NCBI GenBank assembly: GCA_038228545.1
Contig: JBBRPE010000001.1
Coordinates: 46,924-110,923, forward strand
Reading direction: 5' to 3'
Length of the DNA: 64,000 nucleotides
Source: Minisyncoccia bacterium
GTDB taxonomy: Bacteria > Patescibacteriota > Minisyncoccia > Phycocordibacterales > Phycocordibacteraceae
Below are positions 1 to 9,840 of this stretch, one piece after another (position 1 is the stretch's first letter; each line of letters starts with the position of its first letter). Below the pieces are notes generated by a model. That model had not been told where the DNA came from and ran no database searches. It was given only the letters and a program-made list of their open reading frames with translations. A program made the translations under genes and the position numbers.

Positions 1-147
1 CCCGAAGAAACTCATTGTATATCCTCCTATAACCGCCCCGATAACGCCGACGACAATATCCATAAGGATACCGCCGTTCGTTTTCATAATGATCGAGGCA
101 ACCCAGCCCACAATGGCACCGAACACAATCCATAGAAGAATTCCCAT
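1..147 (-). CDS. GlsB/YeaQ/YmgE (transglycosylase-associated) membrane protein, partial, runs off window start
   Basis: Manual translation from ATG at 147: MGILLWIVFGAIVGWVASIIMKTNGGILMDIVVGVIGAVIGG, typical of this family. Confidence 0.85.
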   Translation of the reverse strand, partial: MGILLWIVFGAIVGWVASIIMKTNGGILMDIVVGVIGAVIGGYTMSFFG

Positions 148-235
148 AGCTATTGTTTTTACTCTCTTATAAAGCAACCACAGCTATATAATCATCATGA
201 TACTGAAGAAAAGATGAAGAGTTCATAGTAAAGAA

Positions 236-263
236 AAGGCCGCCCGCGGGTGCGGGCGGCCTT
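236..263. terminator. GC-rich hairpin, probable intrinsic terminator of 287..718
   Basis: aaggccgcccgc/gcgggcggcctt stem with T-rich tail on the minus strand. Confidence 0.7.
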
Positions 264-286
264 GCAGTCTCGACTTGGGCAAAAAA

Positions 287-718
287 CTATGCCTGCCTTC
301 GCGGCATGAACGGCTTGCGCTTAGGTGTGCGCTTTGCATCCGCCTTGCGACGTTCCTGCTGGAATCGCCAGTCACCGTACTGGGAGCGCGTAGTGCGTTC
401 ACGGGATGACAACGTAACGGACGCCGTCTTGGCAGGCGTCGAACCCGTACGGACACGATATACGTGCTCGTGTCGCATGAATGCGGCACGCAGCGCAAGG
501 ACGGTCTGTAGGTGTGGACGCATGGTGACACGTTCGCCCAGATTACGGACGGTGACATATGACAGACCTGAATCGCGTGCCAGGTCATCCCACGAAAGGC
601 CGAATAGCCTGTCGGAGTGGATGACCAGCCCGCGAAGATCTTCTAGGACGCCTACGAAGGCCTCCTTGAAGTCTTTTTTCGGATCCAGATCGAGCAGTCT
701 ATCAAACATACTTTGCAT
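287..718 (-). CDS. Hypothetical protein with XRE-like helix-turn-helix
   Basis: SWDDLARDSGLSYVTVRNL resembles an HTH; upstream GGGGGA RBS; basic C-terminus. Confidence 0.55.
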   Translation of the reverse strand: MQSMFDRLLDLDPKKDFKEAFVGVLEDLRGLVIHSDRLFGLSWDDLARDSGLSYVTVRNLGERVTMRPHLQTVLALRAAFMRHEHVYRVRTGSTPAKTASVTLSSRERTTRSQYGDWRFQQERRKADAKRTPKRKPFMPRRQA

Positions 719-798
719 GTTTCCCCCATGCGGTTAACGAAAACTGGAAAGATCAGTGTCCTAATACTGACACAAAACTGCTCTGTGGTCAATAGTTC

Positions 799-1236
799 TT
801 ATTTCTTCGCCGGTTTTGTGTACAAATGTTTTTCTGCAGGACAACGGCATGGCAGACAATGGTCAACGCAGTAGTCCTTTCCATAATCATACGTAAGCTC
901 CTCACCCATCTTTATATTCTTCTTTGAAAAAATGAAGATTTTTCCCTTTGCTATCTCCGGCTCGCAATTTGGTTTACAAGAGTGATTGATATATCCAGCT
1001 TTATTCCACCTCGGCTTACCGTCGATGGTTTTGCTCTTCGTAATCTCAAACAGATATCTGCTTCTACTGGTGTAGGCTTCCTTTTCCGAAATCACGCGTC
1101 CGATATATTCAATAACGCACTTCCCTTTTGGAATGTCCTCACCGGCAAAAAGACCGAGACCGGCCAATGAACGATGTACCCGGAGGTCGTAACCTCCGGG
1201 TGTGTATTTAGATGCGCGAACGACTTTCTTCTTCAT
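799..1236 (-). CDS. SET domain protein-lysine methyltransferase
   Basis: GLGLFA, YINHSCKPNC, GEELTYDY and post-SET CRC motifs. Confidence 0.9.
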   Translation of the reverse strand: MKKKVVRASKYTPGGYDLRVHRSLAGLGLFAGEDIPKGKCVIEYIGRVISEKEAYTSRSRYLFEITKSKTIDGKPRWNKAGYINHSCKPNCEPEIAKGKIFIFSKKNIKMGEELTYDYGKDYCVDHCLPCRCPAEKHLYTKPAKK

Positions 1237-1292
1237 GTGATTGGAACACCATAGCGTATTCCTTCGCTTTGGGAAAGGTTACTATGAACTGC

Positions 1293-1928
1293 ATGCTCGT
1301 ACCGTTTGGCCTTGAGGAGAAAGAACTCGCTATACTGAAGCGACTTTCTACTCCCGCGAAGATTCAGGACTACCTGGACAAGCTCGCGGTTAACCATGAG
1401 AAACAAAATGAGACCTGTATGTCTCCACGCCAGGTCATGAAGGAGCGTAAGGCGCACTGTATAGAGGGAGCATTTCTTGCGGCCGCCGCGTTCTGGCTCC
1501 ACGGGGAGCCGGCACTCCTCATGGAGCTTAAAGTCGCGCGAGGCGACCAAGACCACGCAGTAGCTCTCTATAAACGAAACGGTTACTGGGGAGCTGTTTC
1601 CAAAACAAACCATGTCTCATTACGCTTTCGAGACCCGGTATACAAAACCATTCGTGAATTAGCACTCTCCTATTTCCACGAGTACTTTCTCAATAGTGAT
1701 GGGAAGAAAACGCTGCGTGCGTACACGCGAGCTTTTTCACTCAAACGCTTCGGCACAAAATGGGTGACGAGTGAAAAGGATTTATGGCATATCGCCTACG
1801 CACTTCAGGATGCTCCTGAGTTCCCTATTTATCCACCGGAAAATCAAAAGTATCTCCGGAACGCAGACCGTATGGAACGCAAAGCGGGTCGCATTATCGA
1901 GTGGCCAAAATCCCATCCGCGCACCTAA
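1293..1928 (+). CDS. Conserved hypothetical protein, possible transglutaminase-like Cys-His fold
   Basis: HCIEGA...DHAVA motifs; start chosen 7 nt after a TACTAT -10 box. Confidence 0.6.
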   Translation: MLVPFGLEEKELAILKRLSTPAKIQDYLDKLAVNHEKQNETCMSPRQVMKERKAHCIEGAFLAAAAFWLHGEPALLMELKVARGDQDHAVALYKRNGYWGAVSKTNHVSLRFRDPVYKTIRELALSYFHEYFLNSDGKKTLRAYTRAFSLKRFGTKWVTSEKDLWHIAYALQDAPEFPIYPPENQKYLRNADRMERKAGRIIEWPKSHPRT

Positions 1929-1961
1929 TCCGCAAAAGCTTAGAAGTGCTACACTCGACCA

Positions 1962-2846
1962 ATGAAGACGCCACTCCAGGGGATTGCACCTCTCCTTATC
2001 GTCGGTATTATTGCCGGAATTGCCCTTCTGGGCGGCATTGGCTACGGCGGTTACTGGCTTGATAGCAAGCTCACAGTGACGCAATCCGACCTTGCATCGA
2101 CCACCGCCGCGAACGCAACCCTAGCCAATTCGCTCGCTGACCAACAGAAACAGAATGCCGACCTGACTGATCGCTATAATGCAGCACTCGCAAAGAACGG
2201 CGATTTCGAACATCAGATTTCTGATATCACAAGCACGGTCGGCAGACTTACGAAGCTCACCCAGACCGATAAGGAGCTTTTACAGAAGTATTCGCGTGTT
2301 TACTTTTTGAATGAAAACTATACTCCGTCGGCACTTGCGCCGATAGATAGCAACTACATACTCCAGCCCACGCGTACCTACCAAATACACGCCAAGGTAA
2401 AGCCATTCCTCGAGAACATGCTGGCAGACGCAAAAGATGCAGGTGTTCCTATTCTTGTGCTTTCTTCGTATCGCTCCTTTGGCGAGCAAGCAGCACTCAA
2501 AAATAGCTATAAAGTCAGCTACGGCTCAGGAAGCAACAAATTCTCAGCCGACCAAGGGTACTCTGAGCATCAGCTCGGGACGGCAGTAGACCTCACTACC
2601 TCGGACATCGCTGGCACATCGGTAGCATTCGCAAAGTCCTCTGCAGGTGCGTGGATGGACGCGAACGCCTACAAGTACGGATTCATACTTTCCTATCCTG
2701 CAGGCAATACGTTCTACCAATATGAGCCGTGGCACTGGCGTTTTGTCGGTGTTTCGCTCGCCACCTATCTCCACAACACCAACGTGCACTTCTACGATAT
2801 GGCGCAACGTGACATAGATACTTATCTGGTTTCTATCTTCGATTAA
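1962..2846 (+). CDS. M15B/VanY-like D-Ala-D-Ala carboxypeptidase with TM anchor and coiled coil
   Basis: SYRS, SEHQLGTAVD and YEPWHWRFVG motifs. Confidence 0.9.
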   Translation: MKTPLQGIAPLLIVGIIAGIALLGGIGYGGYWLDSKLTVTQSDLASTTAANATLANSLADQQKQNADLTDRYNAALAKNGDFEHQISDITSTVGRLTKLTQTDKELLQKYSRVYFLNENYTPSALAPIDSNYILQPTRTYQIHAKVKPFLENMLADAKDAGVPILVLSSYRSFGEQAALKNSYKVSYGSGSNKFSADQGYSEHQLGTAVDLTTSDIAGTSVAFAKSSAGAWMDANAYKYGFILSYPAGNTFYQYEPWHWRFVGVSLATYLHNTNVHFYDMAQRDIDTYLVSIFD

Positions 2847-2956
2847 GACAGACAGTGCGCACGTACAGACGTATTCAAATGCCACATTTTAATACAAGTT
2901 AAGACAAGATTAAAACAGGAAATTTAACTGCACGAGTCAAACCGAATATACAGCAC

Positions 2957-2994
2957 CATCATCATCTTGTGACGACCGTCACAAGATGATGATG
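2957..2994. repeat. Palindrome family A, copy 1 (18-bp arms)
   Basis: catcatcatcttgtgacg-ac-cgtcacaagatgatgatg; same core as 8972 and 9640. Confidence 0.95.
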
Positions 2995-3082
2995 CGGTAT
3001 GTAACCGTGTTTCAACTTATGGTGTTGTTACTATCCACGTTTCATCTGAATACAGATAATTCGTATCGTATACTGACGCCAC

Positions 3083-4327
3083 ATGAACTCCCTGCCGCAC
3101 GCTCGCCGTGGCAGTATGAACGCGATGCTTGTATCGCGTTTGGATGACGAGCTCTCTACTAATTCGTCCGTTTCAATCATAGAAGTGGTTGAGCTTCTTA
3201 TCGCGCAAGCTCACGCAACAGGTGCTTCCGATATTCACATTGACCCCTCTCGCGAATATTTACGCACCAGGCTTCGCATTGATGGCGTATTAGTAGATTA
3301 CCGTCAGCTTCCAAAAAACATACAGCACGAGATAATATCTCGCATTAAAATTCTTTCGGCGCTCCGTACTGATGAACACCAGATGCCTCAAGATGGCCGA
3401 TTTCGGTACGAGTTGCCTGACGGCGCTTTCATAGATATGCGTGTATCCATTGCACCAACATATTACGGAGAAAATGTGGTACTCCGTCTCCTCACCAATA
3501 ATCATGAAGAATTCACTTTAAGTCGTCTCGGCTTTAATCAAAGTGACATCCGTAGGATAGAGCAGGCGCTTAAGAAACAGAATGGAATGATACTTGCGAC
3601 TGGGCCCACAGGCTCAGGTAAAACAACAACGCTCTATACACTGCTTAAGAGTCTAAACACTCCTGATGTATCAATTATTACTATCGAAGACCCTATCGAA
3701 TACTCCGTTGATTCCATTGAGCAAATACAGGTTAACGCCCGTACCGGACTTACTTTTGCTACAGGTCTTCGTTCCATACTTCGACAGGATCCGGACATCA
3801 TCATGGTCGGTGAAATTCGCGACGCAGAAACCGCTAACATAGCCGTGAACACTGCCCTTACCGGCCACCTTCTTCTTTCGACTCTTCACACAAATGACGC
3901 TGCGACGACACTTCCGCGACTTACCGATATGGGTATCGATCCCTATCTCGTCGCTTCAACCATTACGATAGCCATCGGGCAGCGCCTTGTCCGCCGTATT
4001 TGTGAGTCCTGTGCGGAAACAATTTCCGTGACGCCCGCGCTTGCCGAATCGCTTGCGCATCTTGATATACATCCAGGAGAGCCATTCCGTCGCACTATCG
4101 GATGTGATGCCTGCGGTGGAACAGGCTACGTAGGTCGTCTTTCTATTAATGAAGTACTCGTGGCCGATGCGGACATCCAAGAAGCAATATTACGAAAAGC
4201 ATCTCCTGTCGAGCTTCGTCGTATTGCGGTTGCGAACGGTATGACCACGATGATTACTGACGCTCTCACGAAAGCCAGAGCTGGAGAGACCTCTCTTAAA
4301 GAGATGCTTCGTGTAATTCATGACTAA
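3083..4327 (+). CDS. pilB: Type IV pilus/T2SS assembly ATPase (PilB/GspE)
   Basis: ASDIHI, GPTGSGKTTTLY, TIEDPIEY, LRQDPDIIMVGEIRD, tetra-Cys motif. Confidence 0.92.
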   Translation: MNSLPHARRGSMNAMLVSRLDDELSTNSSVSIIEVVELLIAQAHATGASDIHIDPSREYLRTRLRIDGVLVDYRQLPKNIQHEIISRIKILSALRTDEHQMPQDGRFRYELPDGAFIDMRVSIAPTYYGENVVLRLLTNNHEEFTLSRLGFNQSDIRRIEQALKKQNGMILATGPTGSGKTTTLYTLLKSLNTPDVSIITIEDPIEYSVDSIEQIQVNARTGLTFATGLRSILRQDPDIIMVGEIRDAETANIAVNTALTGHLLLSTLHTNDAATTLPRLTDMGIDPYLVASTITIAIGQRLVRRICESCAETISVTPALAESLAHLDIHPGEPFRRTIGCDACGGTGYVGRLSINEVLVADADIQEAILRKASPVELRRIAVANGMTTMITDALTKARAGETSLKEMLRVIHD

Positions 4328-5435
4328 CACCCTAAGCGCTATTCTGTTACAACGTCTAAAAGACTCCGTTAGGTATATATATCGCCCACGGTTCAACCTT
4401 CGTGACCAAATCTTTCTCGCTAAACGGCTCTCATTCCTAACGAAAGCGGGAATACCTCTTATAGAAGCAGTCACCATGCTACAAGGCCAGACACGATCGA
4501 AAACAAAGGCGGCAATGTTAGGACGTATCGGTACGGACTTGGCAGGTGGCCACTATCTAGCAACCTGTTTGGTCCGTACACAAGACGTCTTTGGAGATTT
4601 CGGTATTAATCTTATTCGGGTCGGCGAATCAAGCGGTATTCTTACACAGAATCTGACCTATCTTGCGGATGAATTGGGTAAACGACACCTACTTCGCACC
4701 AAAGTGCTCAGTGCACTTCTCTACCCCGCGTTCATTACCGTAGCTACACTCGGGATAACATCTATGCTTACGGTCTACATCTTTCCGAAAATAATGCCGA
4801 TATTTGTATCACTCCACGTACCCCTGCCACTCACTACACGAATGCTTATTGGGGTATCGAATTACCTCCGCAGCTGGGGTCTGCTTACACTATTCGTTGT
4901 CATTATTCTAGGGATAGGATGTACCATTATTCGAAATCGTCTTGAAATCATCCGTTACGTAACGGATACAGCCCTTTTGCATCTACCCTTTGCCGCGCCA
5001 ATTGCGAGAAGTTATAACCTGGCAAATTTTTGTAGGACCCTTGGTCTTATGCTTAATTCTGGCGTCCCGGTAGCTTCTGCCGTGACCATAACCGCGGAAA
5101 CAACACCAAACCGAGTGTACCGAGTTCAGTATCATCGTCTTGCAGAACATGTTACGCGAGGCGAGCCCTTGGCACGTAGTCTGGCATCTGCTCCAGACCT
5201 ATTCCCCGACACACTAACGCACATGATAGCCGTTGGGGAAACCTCTGGCAGTCTTGCTCAATCACTTACGTACCTTGCCGAATTATATGAACTCGAAGTG
5301 GAAGAAGGTACAAAAAATCTCTCTTCATCAATAGAACCGATACTCATGCTCGTAATGGGATTGCTCGTAGGAATTATTGCTGTCTCCGTTATTACTCCTA
5401 TTTATGAAATTACTCAGCACCTTTCACCGCGATAA
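4320..5435 (+). CDS. pilC: Type IV pilus/T2SS platform protein (PilC/GspF)
   Basis: Two T2SSF repeats (GESSGIL, GETSGSL), LLYPAF, IEPILM; overlaps the ATPase gene. Confidence 0.92.
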   Translation: MTNTLSAILLQRLKDSVRYIYRPRFNLRDQIFLAKRLSFLTKAGIPLIEAVTMLQGQTRSKTKAAMLGRIGTDLAGGHYLATCLVRTQDVFGDFGINLIRVGESSGILTQNLTYLADELGKRHLLRTKVLSALLYPAFITVATLGITSMLTVYIFPKIMPIFVSLHVPLPLTTRMLIGVSNYLRSWGLLTLFVVIILGIGCTIIRNRLEIIRYVTDTALLHLPFAAPIARSYNLANFCRTLGLMLNSGVPVASAVTITAETTPNRVYRVQYHRLAEHVTRGEPLARSLASAPDLFPDTLTHMIAVGETSGSLAQSLTYLAELYELEVEEGTKNLSSSIEPILMLVMGLLVGIIAVSVITPIYEITQHLSPR

Positions 5436-5439
5436 TGGT

Positions 5440-5916
5440 ATGGAAAGTCCTATAGATAGAATACATCGCGCCTTTACGCTTATTGAAACACTCGTAGTAC
5501 TTGGCCTTATCGGTGCGCTTATGACGCTCAGCCTACTACTTTCCATGGACGTGTATCGATCTACTGCATTTCGTTCGACACGAGCAGTGTTGGTGAGTAC
5601 GCTCACGACGGCGCGTTCCCGTTCGCTTGCAAACTTAAACCAGTCACCACATGGCGTATGTTCATTACCCCCAGATCTTATTCTTTTTGAGGGAGAAATG
5701 TACGACCCAGCTTCACCTATGAATGAACGTATACCCGGAAACCCTGCGGTACAGCTTACTTCGGTTAATGATTTCTTCGATTGCACAAAAGGAGTAGGGA
5801 TTATTTTTAGCCAGCTTGAAGCGACAACGAGCGAGAACGACATGATTGTCCTAACGGAACGTGGGCACAAAAATACAGATGTACGAGTGAACGAAGAGGG
5901 CACGATTCTTTGGTAG
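5440..5916 (+). CDS. Minor pilin/pseudopilin (FimT/GspH-like)
   Basis: RAFTLIETLVVLGLIG class III signal; TTARSRSL; C-terminal VNEEGTI. Confidence 0.85.
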   Translation: MESPIDRIHRAFTLIETLVVLGLIGALMTLSLLLSMDVYRSTAFRSTRAVLVSTLTTARSRSLANLNQSPHGVCSLPPDLILFEGEMYDPASPMNERIPGNPAVQLTSVNDFFDCTKGVGIIFSQLEATTSENDMIVLTERGHKNTDVRVNEEGTILW

Positions 5917-5920
5917 TAGC

Positions 5921-7423
5921 ATGACGGCGTCTTTCCATACAAGACCAGTACCTAAAGGCAACAGTATCATCGAGCTTGTTATTGCTTTCGCTGTACTGAC
6001 ACTTACTCTTACTGCTGTCATCTCCGTATTCTTCGGAAACCAATCTGCTGCAGTAGACACAGAAACAGCAACTGAAGCACTGGCGCGTGCTCATGCGATG
6101 CTGGAATATGAACGCACATTTACCTCGAACGCGTATCTTTCCGCCAGTTCTACGAACAACCTAGTCACGCGTGGTGGACTCACCTACACAGAAACGATGT
6201 CGATTGAAGACATGACTCCGTGTGAAAAACAGGCTACCGCGAGTGTTGCCTGGAATACCAGTACACTCCGTCCACAAAAGACGGAAGTTACCACCTATCT
6301 TGTGGACATTCTCTCCACCCTTCTTCTTGGTGGCGATTGCGATACCGCTACAACAACTGGTTCATGGGCGTTGCCGAATCTGTTTGCCTCCGACACAGTT
6401 TCGCCTGCAAAGGCTACTGCCCTCGACGTGCTCGATGGCACTGTATACATGGCCGTTGACACGGCACCTTTTCTGAAAATAGCGTCAGGGGCGGGAGCGA
6501 CGCTTCACCAGAGTGGCGGACTTTTTATACAGTTTACAACCGGATTCAACCCTGGAAATAAGATAAATTCTATTGATGTATTCCGGTGGACGAATCCGGC
6601 ATCGGGAGACGTTAGGCGCTATATATTCGCAACCATGAACACAAGTGCGAACCAGCTCAAGATTATAGATGTTACGGTTCCGTCGGCCCCACTCATTACA
6701 GCGACGCTCTCCCTATCTTCATGTGTAACCGGCTCTTTCCCCCAAGGATGGTATGCAGTTGCCTACGGTAACCGTCTCTACCTTGTTACGCGCGAGACAG
6801 CCGGACCCGAATTGCATATTATCGATATTTCTACACCATCGTCCCCAACCGAGCTCTCTGTAGGAAGTGCCGGCTGTAGGGGTTTCCAATTGAACGATAC
6901 GGTAGAGGAGATGGTTGTGCGTGATCAACCGGTGAATGGTATTCGAAGAAGGTATGCCTATCTCGCAACTGATGAGTCTAATCGTGAACTCCGCGTGCTT
7001 GATGTTACTGATCCCTACAACGTCACGGAAGTACAAGATGTGGATTTACCAGGAATTCAAGACGGCTCAAGCTTGTATGTCATAGGTTCGAGATTATATT
7101 TCGGCCGGTTAAACGTTTCTACCGGACCCGAATTATACGTATTTGACGTGACGTCTCCTGTATCCGGACTTATCCAACTTGCAACACAGGAAATAGGTGC
7201 AGACGTACTTTCGATTCGTGTCGAAAACGGTTTAGCATTTCTCGGAACCCGAAAAAATAATAAGGAGCTCCAGGTATGGAACATTCAGGACCTTTCGCAC
7301 ATAACTAACGTATCCACGTTCCATGTCCCAAATTTAGTATCTCGAGGGGTCGATTATGAAGCCCCGTATCTATTCGTAGGGGCGCAGACAAATCCGACCC
7401 TGCAGGTGCTGTATACCCGCTAG
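5921..7423 (+). CDS. Prepilin-type protein fused to LVIVD-like repeat beta-propeller
   Basis: KGNSIIELVIA N-terminus; repeats LKIIDVT, LHIIDIS, LRVLDVT, LYVFDVT, LQVWNIQ. Confidence 0.8.
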   Translation: MTASFHTRPVPKGNSIIELVIAFAVLTLTLTAVISVFFGNQSAAVDTETATEALARAHAMLEYERTFTSNAYLSASSTNNLVTRGGLTYTETMSIEDMTPCEKQATASVAWNTSTLRPQKTEVTTYLVDILSTLLLGGDCDTATTTGSWALPNLFASDTVSPAKATALDVLDGTVYMAVDTAPFLKIASGAGATLHQSGGLFIQFTTGFNPGNKINSIDVFRWTNPASGDVRRYIFATMNTSANQLKIIDVTVPSAPLITATLSLSSCVTGSFPQGWYAVAYGNRLYLVTRETAGPELHIIDISTPSSPTELSVGSAGCRGFQLNDTVEEMVVRDQPVNGIRRRYAYLATDESNRELRVLDVTDPYNVTEVQDVDLPGIQDGSSLYVIGSRLYFGRLNVSTGPELYVFDVTSPVSGLIQLATQEIGADVLSIRVENGLAFLGTRKNNKELQVWNIQDLSHITNVSTFHVPNLVSRGVDYEAPYLFVGAQTNPTLQVLYTR

Positions 7424-7436
7424 CAAGAAATGGTAT

Positions 7437-7883
7437 ATGCCTAATCGCGCCTTTACTCTCATAGAAACGATTATCTATATAGCGCTTTTCGGCTTACTCA
7501 TGACCGGAGTACTAACGAGCGTCTATGGACTATTAGAGAATAGTGACCGGCTTTCCGTACACACTACGACTGAGGACGAGGGGACATTCGTTCTCCGCAA
7601 ATTAGAATGGATTTTCGAGAATACCGCGAGCGTACAGAGTCCTTCCTCGGGGTATGGTGAAAAGCTCTCGGTCACACTCACTGACGGCACACATGTAACC
7701 ATAACAAAAACGGCGACTACTATTGGACTAACGAGAGGTACCGACATGACTCCAAACGCTCTCACGAGCGCAAATGTCACCGTACAGTCCCTGGGTTTCT
7801 ATATTTTGCCGGGAGGAGGTATTGAAGCATCTACAACTGTGGATGGAAGAATGTTTACAACTCGTTCGTATCTTCAAAAATAA
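7437..7883 (+). CDS. Minor pilin/pseudopilin (PilW/GspJ-like)
   Basis: RAFTLIETIIYIALFG N-methylation motif. Confidence 0.85.
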   Translation: MPNRAFTLIETIIYIALFGLLMTGVLTSVYGLLENSDRLSVHTTTEDEGTFVLRKLEWIFENTASVQSPSSGYGEKLSVTLTDGTHVTITKTATTIGLTRGTDMTPNALTSANVTVQSLGFYILPGGGIEASTTVDGRMFTTRSYLQK

Positions 7884-7885
7884 AT

Positions 7886-8296
7886 ATGTTTAAGAATTCG
7901 AAACCTCGTGGATTCATAGCACTTATGTCAGCACTTATTATTGCTACGGTTCTTTTACTTATAGCAACTGGTGGAAGCCTTTCCGGTTTCTATGGGCGTA
8001 TGGATTCACTTGATTTCGAAGCAAAGGAACGGAGCGCTTGGCTTGCACGTGCGTGCGTTGAGCATACTCTTCAAGCGCTTGCACATGATCCGTCTTACAC
8101 AGCACTCGCGACAACCTCGCTTACAGAGGCCGATTCCTGTTACACCGGTCTTATTAAACGAGACGGCACTCCACCTAACGAGCTGTATTCTTTTAAAACT
8201 CGTGCCACTGTCATGAGTGCGTACACAATCTATACAGTTTCCGTACGAGGTTCTGATCTATCCGTGCAGTCTTTTACTGAGTTACCCACATTCTGA
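7886..8296 (+). CDS. PilX/GspK-like minor pilin
   Basis: RGFIALMSALII lacking Glu5; AWLARACVE. Confidence 0.75.
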   Translation: MFKNSKPRGFIALMSALIIATVLLLIATGGSLSGFYGRMDSLDFEAKERSAWLARACVEHTLQALAHDPSYTALATTSLTEADSCYTGLIKRDGTPPNELYSFKTRATVMSAYTIYTVSVRGSDLSVQSFTELPTF

Positions 8297-8362
8297 TCGT
8301 TGAACATTACGAGGCCAGTGCTACATTCCTTATAGTTCGATTACAAGCTCGTACTACACACT

Positions 8363-8836
8363 ATGAAACCTGCTCGCCAAGGTTATGTCTCTCGCATTCC
8401 TCGTGGATTCACTCTTATCGAAATTCTCGTTGTTATAGGTATCATCGCAATTCTTGCGGCCATTGTTATCATCGCCATTAATCCGGCGCGTCAGTTTAAG
8501 CAAGCACATGACAGTCAGCGTGTTTCAAATGTAAACGCAATTCTCAACGGTATAGGTCAAAATATTGCCGACCACAAAGGAGTCTTTACGTGCGCAGTAG
8601 CACTTCCGACAACTGCAACCGTTATTAGTAGCACCGGACTTGATGTACGCTCGTGTCTCGTCCCCACTTACCTTCCAGAGCTTCCGGTTGATCCAACCAC
8701 AGGCACTGCCTGTGTAGATGCGGCATGCACCGCAGGTTACACGACAGGCTACACGGTCCTCCAGGACTCAGTTACAGGACGTGTGACCGTGAGCGCCGTT
8801 GGTGAAGTAACACCAGCAATAAGCGTCACGCGTTAA
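8363..8836 (+). CDS. Major type IV pilin
   Basis: RGFTLIEILVVIGIIAILAAIVIIAINP; LPVDP; Cys pairs; followed by a terminator. Confidence 0.9.
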   Translation: MKPARQGYVSRIPRGFTLIEILVVIGIIAILAAIVIIAINPARQFKQAHDSQRVSNVNAILNGIGQNIADHKGVFTCAVALPTTATVISSTGLDVRSCLVPTYLPELPVDPTTGTACVDAACTAGYTTGYTVLQDSVTGRVTVSAVGEVTPAISVTR

Positions 8837-8852
8837 CGTAGGATTTTGCACG

Positions 8853-8881
8853 CATATGGCCCGCCTCTGGCGGGCCATATG
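8853..8881 (+). terminator. Hairpin after pilin gene
   Basis: catatggcccgcc-tct-ggcgggccatatg. Confidence 0.7.
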
Positions 8882-8971
8882 TATTTCTATATTCCGGTCT
8901 TAGTCTCTGTCTATTTCTCCCTCCCCCTCTGATTCTGATTCTTTTAAGGTTTAAGTTTTCTTTTTCGTAAT

Positions 8972-9019
8972 TCCACTATCCCCATCTTGTGACGGTCGTC
9001 ACAAGATGGGGATAGTGGA
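8972..9019. repeat. Palindrome family A, copy 2 (23-bp arms), over the promoter of the PaaX/Cas2-like gene
   Basis: tccactatccccatcttgtgacg-gt-cgtcacaagatggggatagtgga; TAAGAT -10 at 9024-9029. Confidence 0.95.
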
Positions 9020-9035
9020 GCGGTAAGATGACCGC

Positions 9036-9620
9036 ATGGGAAAGCTCGAAGCACAGGCCAAGCACGAACGGCGTCTCGGAGAGTTCGAACGCGCCATACT
9101 CGGCGTTACTGCTGCAGCCGGAATAGTCGCTGTAGGCGTTATCGCACCAAAACTTCTTTCATTAGTTCGGTACATACCTCAAAGTAACTCAAAATTTCGC
9201 TATCGAACGAAATCAACACTCACCAAGCTTGCGACACGAGGACTAATTACTTTCAGTAGCGAAGACGGGAAACGATACGCACGTTTAACTGAAAAGGGTG
9301 AGAAGCACATGGAGTATGAGACGCAGAAGCTCGTACTTACGCAGAATGCACGCAAACGCTGGGATAAGCGATGGCGGATAGTTACATTTGATATCCCAGA
9401 AGCTCGCAGACGAACTCGCACCCAGCTCCGTTACACCATGCAGGAAGCAGGATTCTATCGACTTCAGAATAGTGTATGGGTACTTCCGTATGACTGCGAA
9501 GACTTGATTACCCTTCTTAAGGCGGACCTTAAGGTCGGCAAAGACGTTCTTTACATTATTGCGGAGCATATCGAACACGATGCCGAGCTCCGCTCTCACT
9601 TCAACCTCCCAGCTGCCTAG
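9036..9620 (+). CDS. PaaX-like protein: winged HTH plus Cas2-like domain
   Basis: LTKLATRGLI...RLTEKG wHTH; WDKRWRIVTFDIPE...GFYRLQNSVWV PaaX/Cas2-like signature. Confidence 0.85.
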   Translation: MGKLEAQAKHERRLGEFERAILGVTAAAGIVAVGVIAPKLLSLVRYIPQSNSKFRYRTKSTLTKLATRGLITFSSEDGKRYARLTEKGEKHMEYETQKLVLTQNARKRWDKRWRIVTFDIPEARRRTRTQLRYTMQEAGFYRLQNSVWVLPYDCEDLITLLKADLKVGKDVLYIIAEHIEHDAELRSHFNLPAA

Positions 9621-9639
9621 GCTTACTTGCCCGAAGGAC

Positions 9640-9683
9640 CACTATCATCATCTTGTGACGACCGTCACAAGATGATGATAGTG
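9640..9683. repeat. Palindrome family A, copy 3 (21-bp arms)
   Basis: cactatcatcatcttgtgacg-ac-cgtcacaagatgatgatagtg, about 20 nt after the stop of 9036..9620. Confidence 0.95.
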
Positions 9684-9840
9684 CAGACGACGGTTGCTGG
9701 TGCTAATACTGATAGTGTCGTTATCTAACGGGTGTGTTTAATTTATTCTCAATATCCGCGACGTCCGTGTTATGGAGAATAACGGCTACTACAGGAACGT
9801 GGTAAGGTAGCTCGAACCTGAACCTTGAAAGGAGGCATGT

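Noticed and set aside
8972-9683. CRISPR-Cas locus suggested by the Cas2-like domain and repeats
   Set aside because: The repeats are isolated palindromes 0.6-6 kb apart with no repeat-spacer array and no cas1 or effector genes.
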